A stretch of DNA of 64,000 nt from Candidatus Omnitrophota bacterium (GTDB lineage Bacteria; Omnitrophota; Gorgyraeia; Gygaellales; Profunditerraquicolaceae), in NCBI GenBank assembly GCA_028715415.1, contig JAQURX010000002.1, forward strand, positions 4,703 to 68,702, in the 5' to 3' direction. The notes under the pieces were generated by a model that saw only the letters and a program-made list of their open reading frames with translations, was not told where the DNA came from and did no database searches. This document shows positions 1-8,528 of this stretch, one piece after another (position 1 is the first letter of the stretch; each line of letters begins with the position of its first letter). A program made the translations under genes and the position numbers.

Positions 1-48
1 AACCGGAGAAACAAAAATAGAGATATATGAAGGCAAGGTAGACTAAAT

Positions 49-924
49 ATGGATATGCCAAAACTCCCAATTGATAAAAAGTACCTCCCGATGATTATAG
101 CGGCTGTCGCCGGTTTAGTCGCGGTGTATCTAATTAATATTTATATCCAGCAGACAGCAGATGAAACCAGAAAGAGAGAGCAGGAGAGGAGAAAAGAACT
201 GGCAACTGTTGTCATTGCAAAGCAAGATATTGCTTCGGGGACTGCTATTAAAGACACTATGGTTAAAGAAGAAATAATCAGTAAGTCTCTGATTCAGCCT
301 CGCGCCGCAAGTTCCTTGGATAGGGTTGTGGATAGAATTACAATTGCTCCTATATCTAAAGGTGAGCAAGTGCTTCTTAATAAAGTTACTCTTTCGGGAG
401 AAGCAGTTTCGTTATCGACAAAAATTCCCCGGGGAAAAAGAGCGATTACAATTCCAGTAGATAATATTTCTTCTGTTGGAGGGATGATCAGGCCGGGAGA
501 CCATGTAGATGTAGTCAGTATGATACCAATCCCGGGGATAGGCCAGGATGGAAAACCCAGTAACCAAATGAATACTACGCCGCTTTTTCAGGATGTTTTG
601 GTTTTAGCTGTTGGGCAAGAATATGCAGCAGTCCCCGGCGGGCAAAAAGGAGAAAAAAGGCAAACTCCAATTATTACTCTGGCATTAGCGCCTCAGGAAG
701 CGAATCTTATCGCATTTATTCAGGAACAAGGCAGAATTCGTTTAATCCTTCGTTCTCCCGGAGACAGCGGATCTGAAAGAATTGCTCCTGCTAATTGGGA
801 ATCTGTATTAAGAATGACTATACCGGAAATGTTTGAAAGAGGAGAAGAGGCGCCGGCTCCAAAGCCTCGTAAAACGGTTGAAATATACCGCGGTTTGCAA
901 AAAGAAGTAAAACCTTTGGATTAG
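49..924 (+). CDS. cpaB: Flp pilus assembly protein CpaB/RcpC (N-terminal TM anchor plus SAF-like domain)
   Basis: ORF track 291 aa. N-terminal hydrophobic segment IIAAVAGLVAVYLI is followed by a stretch typical of CpaB (VVIAKQDIASGTAI...GEQVLLNKV). It sits first in a Tad operon, directly before the secretin. Confidence 0.75.
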   Translation: MDMPKLPIDKKYLPMIIAAVAGLVAVYLINIYIQQTADETRKREQERRKELATVVIAKQDIASGTAIKDTMVKEEIISKSLIQPRAASSLDRVVDRITIAPISKGEQVLLNKVTLSGEAVSLSTKIPRGKRAITIPVDNISSVGGMIRPGDHVDVVSMIPIPGIGQDGKPSNQMNTTPLFQDVLVLAVGQEYAAVPGGQKGEKRQTPIITLALAPQEANLIAFIQEQGRIRLILRSPGDSGSERIAPANWESVLRMTIPEMFERGEEAPAPKPRKTVEIYRGLQKEVKPLD

Positions 925-940
925 AAGAAAAGGATAGATA

Positions 941-2602
941 ATGACGAGAAAATATAAGATTCTCTGTAGCTTAATTTTGTTTTCATCTTTTTTATTGGCA
1001 CACAAACCAGTTTTAATTACTGCGGAGAATGAAGAAACAATCCGTATGATAGTCGGAGAGTCAAAAGTTTTTCCTACATTATCGCCTACCCGAGTAGTTA
1101 TAGGAAATCCTAAGGTTGCAGACATTGTGGATGTCACGAATACCGAGATTTCCGTAAATGCAAAATTATCAGGAGTCACTACTTTGGTTTATTGGGATAA
1201 TTATGGCGAACAATCAATGAAAATCAGAGTTGTCCCCGAAGACACTATAGAGTTAAAGCGAAGAGTAGACAGTTTAATTTCCGGTTTAGGATTAGATGAG
1301 GTGAAAACCAATATTGCCGATGATGAGGGCAAGATTTTAATTATGGGCCGGGTAAAAAACCCGCAAGACAGAGAAAGAATTGGAGTTGCGCTTGGAGCAT
1401 TAAAAGATAAGACAATTGACCTTATTGAGGTAAAAGAAGAACAGGCAGTAGTTGAAATTGACGTGCAGATATTAGAGCTTGATAAAGACGGGACTACTTC
1501 ATTAGGGTTTAGCTGGCCCGGGCAATTCTGGATTAATGAAGTTGCTTCTCCGGGTATTGCTACTACAGGAGTTACTTCAATTGTTCAAGGAGCTTCTCCT
1601 TCCACAAGTTTCTCGGTTACAAATGCCGGAACAAAACTTTCAAATTTGTATAAAGTTGTAAATTATAGCCGTAATGCTTTTGGCGTCAAGTTAGATGCGT
1701 TGATTCAAGAAGGAAAAGCAAGGATTCTTTCCCGCCCGCGTTTGGCCTGCCAGAGTGGGAAAGAAGCAGAGTTGTTGGTAGGAGGAGAAAAGCCGATATT
1801 TAGCACAACACTTGCTGCTACAACAGGAAATTCAGGAACTCAGGTAGAATACAAGGAGTACGGAATTAAGCTAAATATTAAGCCAACCGTAGGTGCTGAT
1901 GAAAAAATCAAATTAAATTTAAAGGTTGACGTAAGCGAGTTGCAGGAAGCTGAAACCATAGGGACTACGACTTCAATTACGGCAAAGGCATATCCGCTTA
2001 CTAAGCGTTCCACGTCTACAGAGCTTTTTCTTGAAGATGAGCAGACCTTAGCTATCGGAGGTTTGATAAAGCAGAAAACCTCCGAGGATTTACGTAAATT
2101 CCCTTGGCTTGCTGATATCCCCGTTTTAGGATCATTTTTTAGACAAAAAATTACGACTACTGGTGGTGGAAGCGGCGAGAAAGGGGATACAGAATTATTT
2201 ATTACGCTTACTCCGAAAATTGTTAGTAGGGAATCGGATAGTAAAAAAAATAAGAAAGAGCCAGAACCCCGGGATTTTGTTAAGCCTTCTTTGCCCGTGA
2301 ATACATCTTCCTCACCAATTAGTAACTATGCTTCTTTAATTCAAAAGCGAATTACTGATAATTTGGAGTTTCCTGCAGCAGCCAAGAAAAGCGGTTTTGA
2401 GGGGACAGTGAAATTAAGTTTGCATCTTTCGTATCAGGGGGATCTTTTGGATACAGTGGTTAAGAAAACTTCCGGATACAAAATATTAGATGAAAGCGCG
2501 GTAAAGACAGCCCGGGGCATCGGAAGTTATCCTCCGTTTCCTCCCGCAATAACATCTCAGGATATTTGGATAGACGTACCAATAGCCTATCGGCTTGATT
2601 AA
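941..2602 (+). CDS. cpaC: CpaC/RcpA-type secretin with a C-terminal TonB-C-like domain
   Basis: 553 aa with a signal peptide (LILFSSFLLA). The secretin core reads RPRLACQSGKEAELLVGGEKPI...FPWLADIPVLGSFFRQ...ELFITLTPKIV. The last ~100 aa (GFEGTVKLSLHLSYQGDLLDTVVKKTSGYKILDESAVKTARGIGSYPPFPP) resemble the TonB C-terminal fold. Confidence 0.8.
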   Translation: MTRKYKILCSLILFSSFLLAHKPVLITAENEETIRMIVGESKVFPTLSPTRVVIGNPKVADIVDVTNTEISVNAKLSGVTTLVYWDNYGEQSMKIRVVPEDTIELKRRVDSLISGLGLDEVKTNIADDEGKILIMGRVKNPQDRERIGVALGALKDKTIDLIEVKEEQAVVEIDVQILELDKDGTTSLGFSWPGQFWINEVASPGIATTGVTSIVQGASPSTSFSVTNAGTKLSNLYKVVNYSRNAFGVKLDALIQEGKARILSRPRLACQSGKEAELLVGGEKPIFSTTLAATTGNSGTQVEYKEYGIKLNIKPTVGADEKIKLNLKVDVSELQEAETIGTTTSITAKAYPLTKRSTSTELFLEDEQTLAIGGLIKQKTSEDLRKFPWLADIPVLGSFFRQKITTTGGGSGEKGDTELFITLTPKIVSRESDSKKNKKEPEPRDFVKPSLPVNTSSSPISNYASLIQKRITDNLEFPAAAKKSGFEGTVKLSLHLSYQGDLLDTVVKKTSGYKILDESAVKTARGIGSYPPFPPAITSQDIWIDVPIAYRLD

Positions 2603-2605
2603 AAT

Positions 2606-4759
2606 ATGTCCAAAACAATTTCAATATTCAGCACAAAAGGCGGCGTTGGGAAGACTTTTGTCTCAATGAATTTGGCTGTAAGCCTTGGGTACTATTCCAA
2701 GAAAAAAGTCGCCCTTATTGACCTTGATCTTCAAGCAGTAGGGGATATGTCGCGGCTACTTAATGTTCAAAGCCGCAAATCTTTATTGGACCTTGCCGAA
2801 AATATAAAGAAAAATCCCGAAGCTGTATCATTGAAGGATTATATGGTAAAAATTCCCAATTTCGGGGTTGATTTTTTACCGGCAGTCTTAAACCCGCGGC
2901 AGGCTGTGCATCTGGATAGCGATAGAATTAAATGCGTCCTTGATTATTTGGATAAGAATTATGATTTCATTCTTATTGATGCAGGGCGGGCTTTTACGGA
3001 AAGTTTGTTTTCTACTTTTAATTATACCAATTTAATCCTCTTAGTTGTAACTCCCGACGTAATTTCAGTTTATCAAACAAAATGGTCACTTGATTCTTTA
3101 CAGTCTTTGCATATCCCTCTTAATATGATAAAGATTGTTTTAAACCGCGCTGAGAGCGCAGGCAGCGTCAGTTGGCAGGAAGTGCGCGCCGCGATACCCG
3201 TTGAAATAATTGGGAGAATCCCTTCAGAGGGAAAAACTGTTGGCCTTGCATTAAACCGCGCAACCCCGGTTGTTATAGATTCTCCTCGTTCAAAAGTAGC
3301 CCTTGCCATAAGAAAACTTGAGAAAGACCTTATTGAAAAACCAAATCTTTTCCTTGAACGTCAAGAAATAGCAGTTGCCGCTGGAGAAGAAGTTGTATTG
3401 CCTAAGGAAGGTGAGTTTTGGCAGAGGTTTAATCTAGCGAAGGATGCGCTTGTTGAAACCGATACTCAAGAAGAAGATGAGATTATTGAGTTAAAGAAAC
3501 GAATCCATTCAAAATTAATTGAAAAACTGGATTTAAAACATATTGAAATTGACATGACTGATCCGGTTAAAGCGCGCCAGATAAGGGATAAAACCGAAGG
3601 GCATATCTCTACTGCTCTAGCAGAAGAGACCGGTGTATTTCTCTCATCATTTGAAATAAGAAAAAGATTAGTTAAAGAGATTGCTGATGAGGCTCTTGGT
3701 TTGGGGCCTTTGGAAGACCTCGCAAATGACCCGGACATATCAGATATTATGGTTAATAATAAAAACCAGATTTATATTGAACGAGGCGGGAAAATTAAAT
3801 TATCTCCCAAAAGATTCCTTTCAAATGAACAGGTGCGCCAGGTTATTGAGAGGATTATTGCTCCATTGGGCCGCAGGATCGATGAGTCAGTCCCAATGGT
3901 GGATGCGCGCCTTCCTGATGGCTCGCGCGTAAATGCAATTATTCCTCCGCTTGCTTTATCCGGCCCGACTCTTACGATTAGAAAATTTGGAAGAGAGCGT
4001 CTTACTATTGACGATTTGCTTCGTATAAATACTTTAACCGAACCAATGCGCGATTTTATTGCCGGCTGCGTTTTATCAAGAAAAAATATTATTGTTTCGG
4101 GAGGAACCGGTTCAGGAAAAACAACCGTTTTAAATGTGCTCTCTACGTTTATCCCGGAGAATGAGCGAATTATTACAATTGAAGATGCTGCCGAATTAAA
4201 ATTAAAACAGGAGCATTGCGTGCGCCTTGAGTCACGCCCACCTAATATTGAAGGAAAGGGAGCAATTACAATTCGCGATCTTTTCCGTAACTCTTTAAGA
4301 ATGCGGCCTGATAGAATCATTATCGGAGAATGCCGAGGGGCTGAATCATTGGATATGCTGCAGGCGATGAATACAGGCCACGATGGTTCATTAACTACAA
4401 TCCATGCAAATTCTACACAGGATGTTTTAGTCCGCCTTGACTCCATGATTTTAATGTCTGGTGTTGAGTTGCCTATCAGGGCGATTAGAGAAATGATTGC
4501 CTCCGCAATTGATATCGTAATTCACACTGCCCGTTTGTCCGACGGAACCCGGAAAGTTATACAGATTACGGAAATTACAGGCATGAAAGACGATATTCAT
4601 ATAGGTTTAGAAGATATCTTTGTCTTTAAGCAAACCGGCATTGATGCGCAGAATAATGTTGTCGGTCAATTTAAAGCCACTGGTTACATCCCTGCATTTA
4701 TTGAAGAACTTAAGATTAAAGGGATACCAATCCCCGCTGATATATTTAAATCATCTTAA
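2606..4759 (+). CDS. Fused CpaE/TadZ (ParA/MinD-like ATPase) and CpaF/TadA (T2SS-E family secretion ATPase) in one polypeptide
   Basis: 717 aa. The N-terminal half has a deviant Walker A (STKGGVGKTFVSMNLAVSLG) and a MinD/ParA-like layout. The C-terminal half has VSGGTGSGKTT Walker A, RPDRIIIGECRGAE and GHDGSLTTIHANS motifs typical of TadA/CpaF. Confidence 0.85.
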   Translation: MSKTISIFSTKGGVGKTFVSMNLAVSLGYYSKKKVALIDLDLQAVGDMSRLLNVQSRKSLLDLAENIKKNPEAVSLKDYMVKIPNFGVDFLPAVLNPRQAVHLDSDRIKCVLDYLDKNYDFILIDAGRAFTESLFSTFNYTNLILLVVTPDVISVYQTKWSLDSLQSLHIPLNMIKIVLNRAESAGSVSWQEVRAAIPVEIIGRIPSEGKTVGLALNRATPVVIDSPRSKVALAIRKLEKDLIEKPNLFLERQEIAVAAGEEVVLPKEGEFWQRFNLAKDALVETDTQEEDEIIELKKRIHSKLIEKLDLKHIEIDMTDPVKARQIRDKTEGHISTALAEETGVFLSSFEIRKRLVKEIADEALGLGPLEDLANDPDISDIMVNNKNQIYIERGGKIKLSPKRFLSNEQVRQVIERIIAPLGRRIDESVPMVDARLPDGSRVNAIIPPLALSGPTLTIRKFGRERLTIDDLLRINTLTEPMRDFIAGCVLSRKNIIVSGGTGSGKTTVLNVLSTFIPENERIITIEDAAELKLKQEHCVRLESRPPNIEGKGAITIRDLFRNSLRMRPDRIIIGECRGAESLDMLQAMNTGHDGSLTTIHANSTQDVLVRLDSMILMSGVELPIRAIREMIASAIDIVIHTARLSDGTRKVIQITEITGMKDDIHIGLEDIFVFKQTGIDAQNNVVGQFKATGYIPAFIEELKIKGIPIPADIFKSS

Positions 4760-4792
4760 TCTTTAGATAGTAATTCCTTTCTTGTCACTAAA

Positions 4793-5134
4793 ATGCAAAT
4801 AATCAATAAAACTACAAATATAAGTTTGGCCAACGAAGTTATTATAGCGCAATCTTTTTTTAAAAAAGCAAAGGGGCTTTTGGGAGTTAAAGAGTTTAAA
4901 GAAGGACATGCACTTATTATTAAGCCATGTAATTCAATCCATACTTTTTTTATGCAAATTTCAATTGATGTTATATTTGTTGATGCAGCAAATATAGTAG
5001 TTAAATGTATCCCAAATCTTCCGCCATTTCGCTTAAGCCCAATTTATTTTGAAGCAAGCTACGTGATTGAATTACCCGCCGGAACAATCAATAAAACCCA
5101 AGTTAAAACAGGTGATTGCCTTTTAATATCATAG
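4793..5134 (+). CDS. DUF192 family protein
   Basis: 113 aa. The pattern ...KKAKGLLGVKEFKEGHALIIKPCNSIHTFFMQISIDVIFVDAANIVV...IELPAGTI matches the conserved DUF192/COG1430 core. Confidence 0.65.
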   Translation: MQIINKTTNISLANEVIIAQSFFKKAKGLLGVKEFKEGHALIIKPCNSIHTFFMQISIDVIFVDAANIVVKCIPNLPPFRLSPIYFEASYVIELPAGTINKTQVKTGDCLLIS

Positions 5135-5172
5135 CCTATCTGTCCTTTTCAGTTGTTTAAACCTTATTATAA

Positions 5173-5250
5173 ATGTCCAATCAGAGTTCTTGACAATGTC
5201 CAATCTATTTGGTACACTTTAATTGCTATATAAAAATGTCCAAACTGGAG
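5173..5250 (+). promoter_or_regulatory. Cluster of three direct repeats ATGTCCAA(T/A)C overlapping the promoter; candidate operator
   Basis: Exact ATGTCCAATC at 5173-5182 and 5196-5205; ATGTCCAAACTGGAG at 5236-5250. The first two copies are 23 nt apart. The same motif recurs three times at 16493-16555. Confidence 0.5.
5190..5218 (+). promoter_or_regulatory. sigma70-type promoter TTGACA-N17-TACACT for the HTH/PE-rich gene
   Basis: TTGACA lies at 5190-5195, a 17-nt spacer at 5196-5212, and TACACT at 5213-5218. The spacer itself contains one ATGTCCAATC repeat. Confidence 0.5.
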
Positions 5251-5264
5251 TGCTTGAGGTAGGT

Positions 5265-7244
5265 ATGGGTGTAATTTATAAATTAAGGCCGGAAATTAAG
5301 GATTTTATTGTTGAGAAGAAGAAGATTAATCCAATTATTAGTTGTCGTGGCCTTACTGAGCTTATTGAATCTGAATTTAAAATTAAATTATCAAAGTCTA
5401 CTATTAATGCAATAATTAAAGATGCTGGCTTAAGTATGCCGATTGGAAGGAGGCTTAAGAAGCACAAGCATCATCCCAAGGAGCAGATTGTTGAATCAAA
5501 AGAACCGCCTCTAGAATCACCTTCAAAAGAGTTGGTTCCCGTCGAGAAAAAGCCGGAGCAAATAGCTCAGCCAATCAGTATTCCTAAAATTGAAGAACCT
5601 GTTGAAGAAATAAAACCGCCGCAAGAAGCCCCTGAAACACCAATAATTCTCCCAGAAGAAAAACCAATTGAAGAAAAGAAAGAGGAATTGCCAGAGGTTC
5701 AAATAGAAAAGCCAGAGGAGCCGGTTATTGTTGAAAAGCAAGAAGAACTGATTCCTCCTCCAGAGCCTATTTTGGCTAAAGAAGAATTAGCTCAACCTGT
5801 TGCTCCAGAAGAAGTTATTGAAAAAGAACCAGAAAAAGAAGAAATTAGTGAGCCTGTAGTAGAAAAAGTTGTCGAGCCTGCAATATTACCTGTTGCAAGA
5901 GAAGAAGTTAAGAAAAATGAATCTTATGAGGAATTAGTCTCAACTGGAGCGGTTCTTTTAAAAGCTGCTGATTTTATTATTGGTGGAAGCAGTATAATTT
6001 CTGATGCGATCAGGAGTAGAATTATGTCTCTTGATGCCGCTCTTTTAGCTAAGACTGAGAGTGCAATTTATTTGCCTCTATTCCAAGGAGTAGCTGGTGG
6101 GCAGGAAGATGATTTGGAGAAATTATGGTCTTTAGTTGGACGAAATGTCACTTTAGATGCAATTTTGACATATCTTGATGATTTGCAGAAGGTTAAGCCA
6201 GTTAATACTGATATAATCCGTATTATTGACACCTCGGCGCAGGAAGTGAGGTGTATTAAGCTAGATCTTTCTAACGGAAGTATCTTGTATTTGGATGGGC
6301 AGTTTCAAACAGTGTGGTCAACACCGCATATACCGCATAGTTTTAACCTAACTGTAAATAATGTAAAGGGTTACATCAATAATTATTTCTTTGAAGAAAA
6401 GCCGTTAATCCTCGGTATGGCCCCGGGTTATGATTCTCCAACTGATGAATTTTTTAATTTTGCTTTAAGTCTTGATTCAAGAGAAAGAAAAATACGTTCA
6501 CTTTCTCTGATTGCGGATAATCTTGAAGAAATTGAAGTAATCCCAGTTGAAACAGCCCGAAGAAGGTTTTTTATTTTTGGCTTATGGCCGTGGCAATTTA
6601 CTCAGAGCCGGAAAGTAAGTTTATCCGGGGAATTTAAACCGTATCAATCCAATGTTTGCAAAAAAGAGTTATTTATAGCTTCCCTCGGGATTATTTTATC
6701 GCAAGTATCTGGAGATAAATCACTTACATTAAGAGGCTATGCAATAAAAACAAATCTTAACGAGAAAACCAGGTTGGTAATTTTAAGTAATCTTCCCATA
6801 GATACTAGCCCGGATTTATTGATTGAGCCGTATCTTGGCCGTTGGCCGAACTTTGAAGAGGCTTTTAAGGATTTTAGCCGAAAAGTTGAATTATTTACTT
6901 ATACCGCGAATTCGCAGAAATATTTTTCCTCAGCTTCTGCAGATTTATTTACTGTGGCAAACATTGATATCAAAACGATTTTCAACCAGTATCTGAAACT
7001 TTTGGATATGTTCGTAAAATATCATTTTCTACCTCCCGGGTCTGAAGATACAGATTTCTCGTCGATGAAAGAGCAGTTTTATAGCCTTAAAACCACATTT
7101 AAGAAAGAAAAGGGCTGTGTTTTTATCAAATTTCTTACCCCCGAAGGATATGCTTCGCAAAAGCTGCTTTCTTACGCCTGCAACAGACTGAACGAAAGAG
7201 AGATTATTTTCTTTAACGGCCTGCGCGCCTGGTTTTCGCTTTAG
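5265..7244 (+). CDS. Protein with an N-terminal helix-turn-helix-like domain, a ~200-aa Pro/Glu/Val/Lys-rich linker and a ~430-aa C-terminal domain of unknown function
   Basis: The ORF track starts at a TTG at 5223. ATG at 5265 with GAGGTAGG upstream is the more likely start. The N-terminus (RGLTELIESEFKIKLSKSTINAIIKDAGL) looks like a transposase- or regulator-type HTH. The PEVK-like low-complexity region spans ~5480-5900. Confidence 0.6.
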   Translation: MGVIYKLRPEIKDFIVEKKKINPIISCRGLTELIESEFKIKLSKSTINAIIKDAGLSMPIGRRLKKHKHHPKEQIVESKEPPLESPSKELVPVEKKPEQIAQPISIPKIEEPVEEIKPPQEAPETPIILPEEKPIEEKKEELPEVQIEKPEEPVIVEKQEELIPPPEPILAKEELAQPVAPEEVIEKEPEKEEISEPVVEKVVEPAILPVAREEVKKNESYEELVSTGAVLLKAADFIIGGSSIISDAIRSRIMSLDAALLAKTESAIYLPLFQGVAGGQEDDLEKLWSLVGRNVTLDAILTYLDDLQKVKPVNTDIIRIIDTSAQEVRCIKLDLSNGSILYLDGQFQTVWSTPHIPHSFNLTVNNVKGYINNYFFEEKPLILGMAPGYDSPTDEFFNFALSLDSRERKIRSLSLIADNLEEIEVIPVETARRRFFIFGLWPWQFTQSRKVSLSGEFKPYQSNVCKKELFIASLGIILSQVSGDKSLTLRGYAIKTNLNEKTRLVILSNLPIDTSPDLLIEPYLGRWPNFEEAFKDFSRKVELFTYTANSQKYFSSASADLFTVANIDIKTIFNQYLKLLDMFVKYHFLPPGSEDTDFSSMKEQFYSLKTTFKKEKGCVFIKFLTPEGYASQKLLSYACNRLNEREIIFFNGLRAWFSL

Positions 7245-7274
7245 AAAACGCTTTCTTTATACTCCCAAATATCA

Positions 7275-7303
7275 TTGACACTGTATTATATTAATGTTAT
7301 ATT
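7275..7303 (+). promoter_or_regulatory. sigma70-type promoter TTGACA-N17-TATATT (extended -10 TGt) for the Flp pilin operon
   Basis: TTGACA at 7275-7280, a 17-nt spacer, then TATATT at 7298-7303 with TG at 7295-7296. It lies ~230 nt upstream of the first pilin gene. Confidence 0.55.
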
Positions 7304-7311
7304 TTGAATGC

Positions 7312-7445
7312 AATTGAAAGGCGGCAACGAAAAGGCAATTCCACTATGGAGGTAGTGGATGCGCAAAGCCACGGTGAGTATGCTCGCAAAATATTGTTTT
7401 TATATTTCTAGCTTTGGGTCAGAGCGAGAAACTTTTACCGGGTTA
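7312..7445 (+). promoter_or_regulatory. Candidate c-di-GMP-I (GEMM)-like riboswitch aptamer in the pilin operon leader
   Basis: GGCAATTCCACTATGGAGGTAGTGGATGCGCAAAGCCACGG ... GAGCGAGAAACTTTTACCGGGTTACCGAAAGCC shares the GGCAAAC/hairpin/GGACGCAAAGCC and CGGGGTTACCGA signature blocks of the Vc2 c-di-GMP aptamer. It also matches the second element at 16925. It has a longer insertion than typical. Confidence 0.4.
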
Positions 7446-7478
7446 CCGAAAGCCGTCAATGGCTTTCGGTTTTTTATT
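7446..7478 (+). terminator. Intrinsic terminator/attenuator hairpin plus U-tract (expression platform of the leader element)
   Basis: Stem CCGAAAGCC (7446-7454), loop GTCAAT, stem GGCTTTCGG (7461-7469), then TTTTTTATT. The 5' arm overlaps the aptamer 3' stem GGGTTACCGAAAG. Confidence 0.6.
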
Positions 7479-7534
7479 GGATAAATTAGTAAAGACTTTG
7501 TAAAATCAATTAATAAGTTAAAGGAGGTGAGAAA

Positions 7535-7723
7535 ATGTTAAGTTTAAGAGGGAAAAAAGCTCAGAGTACATTAGAGTATATCTTGGTTCTTACGGCTATT
7601 GTTGCAGCAATCGTGGTTGTTTCACAGGGGGTAATAAAAGAAAAGGTTATAAGTATGTTCGGCAATGTAGCTAATCAGGCTGATAAGGCAGTTTCAAAGA
7701 TTAATTTTGATAACGAAGAATAA
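7535..7723 (+). CDS. flp: Flp-family pilin (class III signal peptide, A-QSTLEY motif)
   Basis: 62 aa MLSLRGKKAQSTLEYILVLTAIVAAIVVVSQ. AGGAGGTGAG RBS. G/XXXXEY-type motif with Ala at -1. Confidence 0.75.
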   Translation: MLSLRGKKAQSTLEYILVLTAIVAAIVVVSQGVIKEKVISMFGNVANQADKAVSKINFDNEE

Positions 7724-7751
7724 ACAAAAATTTTTGAGGGAGGTGAAGAAA

Positions 7752-8108
7752 ATGTTGATCTATTTAAACAAAAAAGCGCAAAGCACAGCCGAGTATGTCA
7801 TTGTGTTGGGGTTGGTTGTAGGAGCTGTGGTTGCTATGCAAACATTTGTAAAAAGAGGCTTGCAAGGCAGAATCCATGACGCAGTAAAATATACCGGGGC
7901 TGCAGGCGATACAGATGCAAAAGCAATATTTAAAGGCAACCAGTATGACCCGAATTATGTTGAGAGCAATTTAACAAGATCAAGCTCTTCAGAAGAAAGT
8001 GAAAAAATTGCTACAGGCGGAGGAGAGATTACAAAAGAACTTACCAAGGAATCAAGCTCCACAACTGGTACGCAGACTATGGAAGCAGAAGATGGCAATA
8101 ACGATTAA
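7752..8108 (+). CDS. Flp-type pilin paralog with Ser/Thr/Glu-rich C-terminal tail
   Basis: MLIYLNKKAQSTAEYVIVLGLVVGAVVAM. RBS GAGGGAGGTGAAG before ATG 7752. The ORF track start at 7707 is an upstream in-frame extension. Confidence 0.7.
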   Translation: MLIYLNKKAQSTAEYVIVLGLVVGAVVAMQTFVKRGLQGRIHDAVKYTGAAGDTDAKAIFKGNQYDPNYVESNLTRSSSSEESEKIATGGGEITKELTKESSSTTGTQTMEAEDGNND

Positions 8109-8177
8109 AAGTATGTACTTAACCCCCAATTTTATCGGATAAATTGGGGCGGGCTTGTGCCCAGGGAGGTGGAATAA

Positions 8178-8495
8178 ATGTTGAGATATCACTTAAGAAA
8201 AAAAGGCCAGTCAACTCTGGAATACGCGATTCTTATCGGAGTTATTGTTGCCGGGCTTATCGCGATGCAGACGTATATCAAGAGAGGCTATGAGGGAAAA
8301 TTAAGAGAGAGTGCTGATACTATGGGTAAGCAGTATAATCCCGAGGACACAACTTATAATTATACTACTTCAACCTCTTCTTTAAGTACTGAGGTTGTTT
8401 CTGATTCTAAAACAACAACAACAATTCAGAATCAGACATCGAATAGGACTGGAAACGAAACAGTTGGCGGCGTTACAAACGAAACATTGTTTTAA
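8178..8495 (+). CDS. Flp-type pilin paralog with Thr/Ser-rich C-terminal tail
   Basis: MLRYHLRKKGQSTLEYAILIGVIVAGLIAM. G-QSTLEY fits G/XXXXEY exactly. RBS GGGAGGTGG. Confidence 0.7.
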   Translation: MLRYHLRKKGQSTLEYAILIGVIVAGLIAMQTYIKRGYEGKLRESADTMGKQYNPEDTTYNYTTSTSSLSTEVVSDSKTTTTIQNQTSNRTGNETVGGVTNETLF

Positions 8496-8528
8496 GCAGG
8501 TTAATTAAATTTAAGAGGGGAGAAGCCC

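Noticed and set aside
2604-2616. ATGTCCAAAAC at the cpaE-cpaF start codon resembling the ATGTCCAATC repeat
   Set aside because: It is a single copy, partly mismatched, and coincides with a start codon (Met-Ser-Lys). More likely coincidence than an operator, though noted.
3772-4446. 224-aa minus-strand ORF
   Set aside because: Antisense to the well-supported CpaF ATPase coding region (Walker A and His-box motifs read on the + strand).
5223-5264. TTG start at 5223 proposed by the ORF track for the HTH/PE-rich gene
   Set aside because: An ATG at 5265 with a GAGGTAGG Shine-Dalgarno 6 nt upstream is a better start. The 5223-5264 stretch overlaps the -10 element and a repeat copy.
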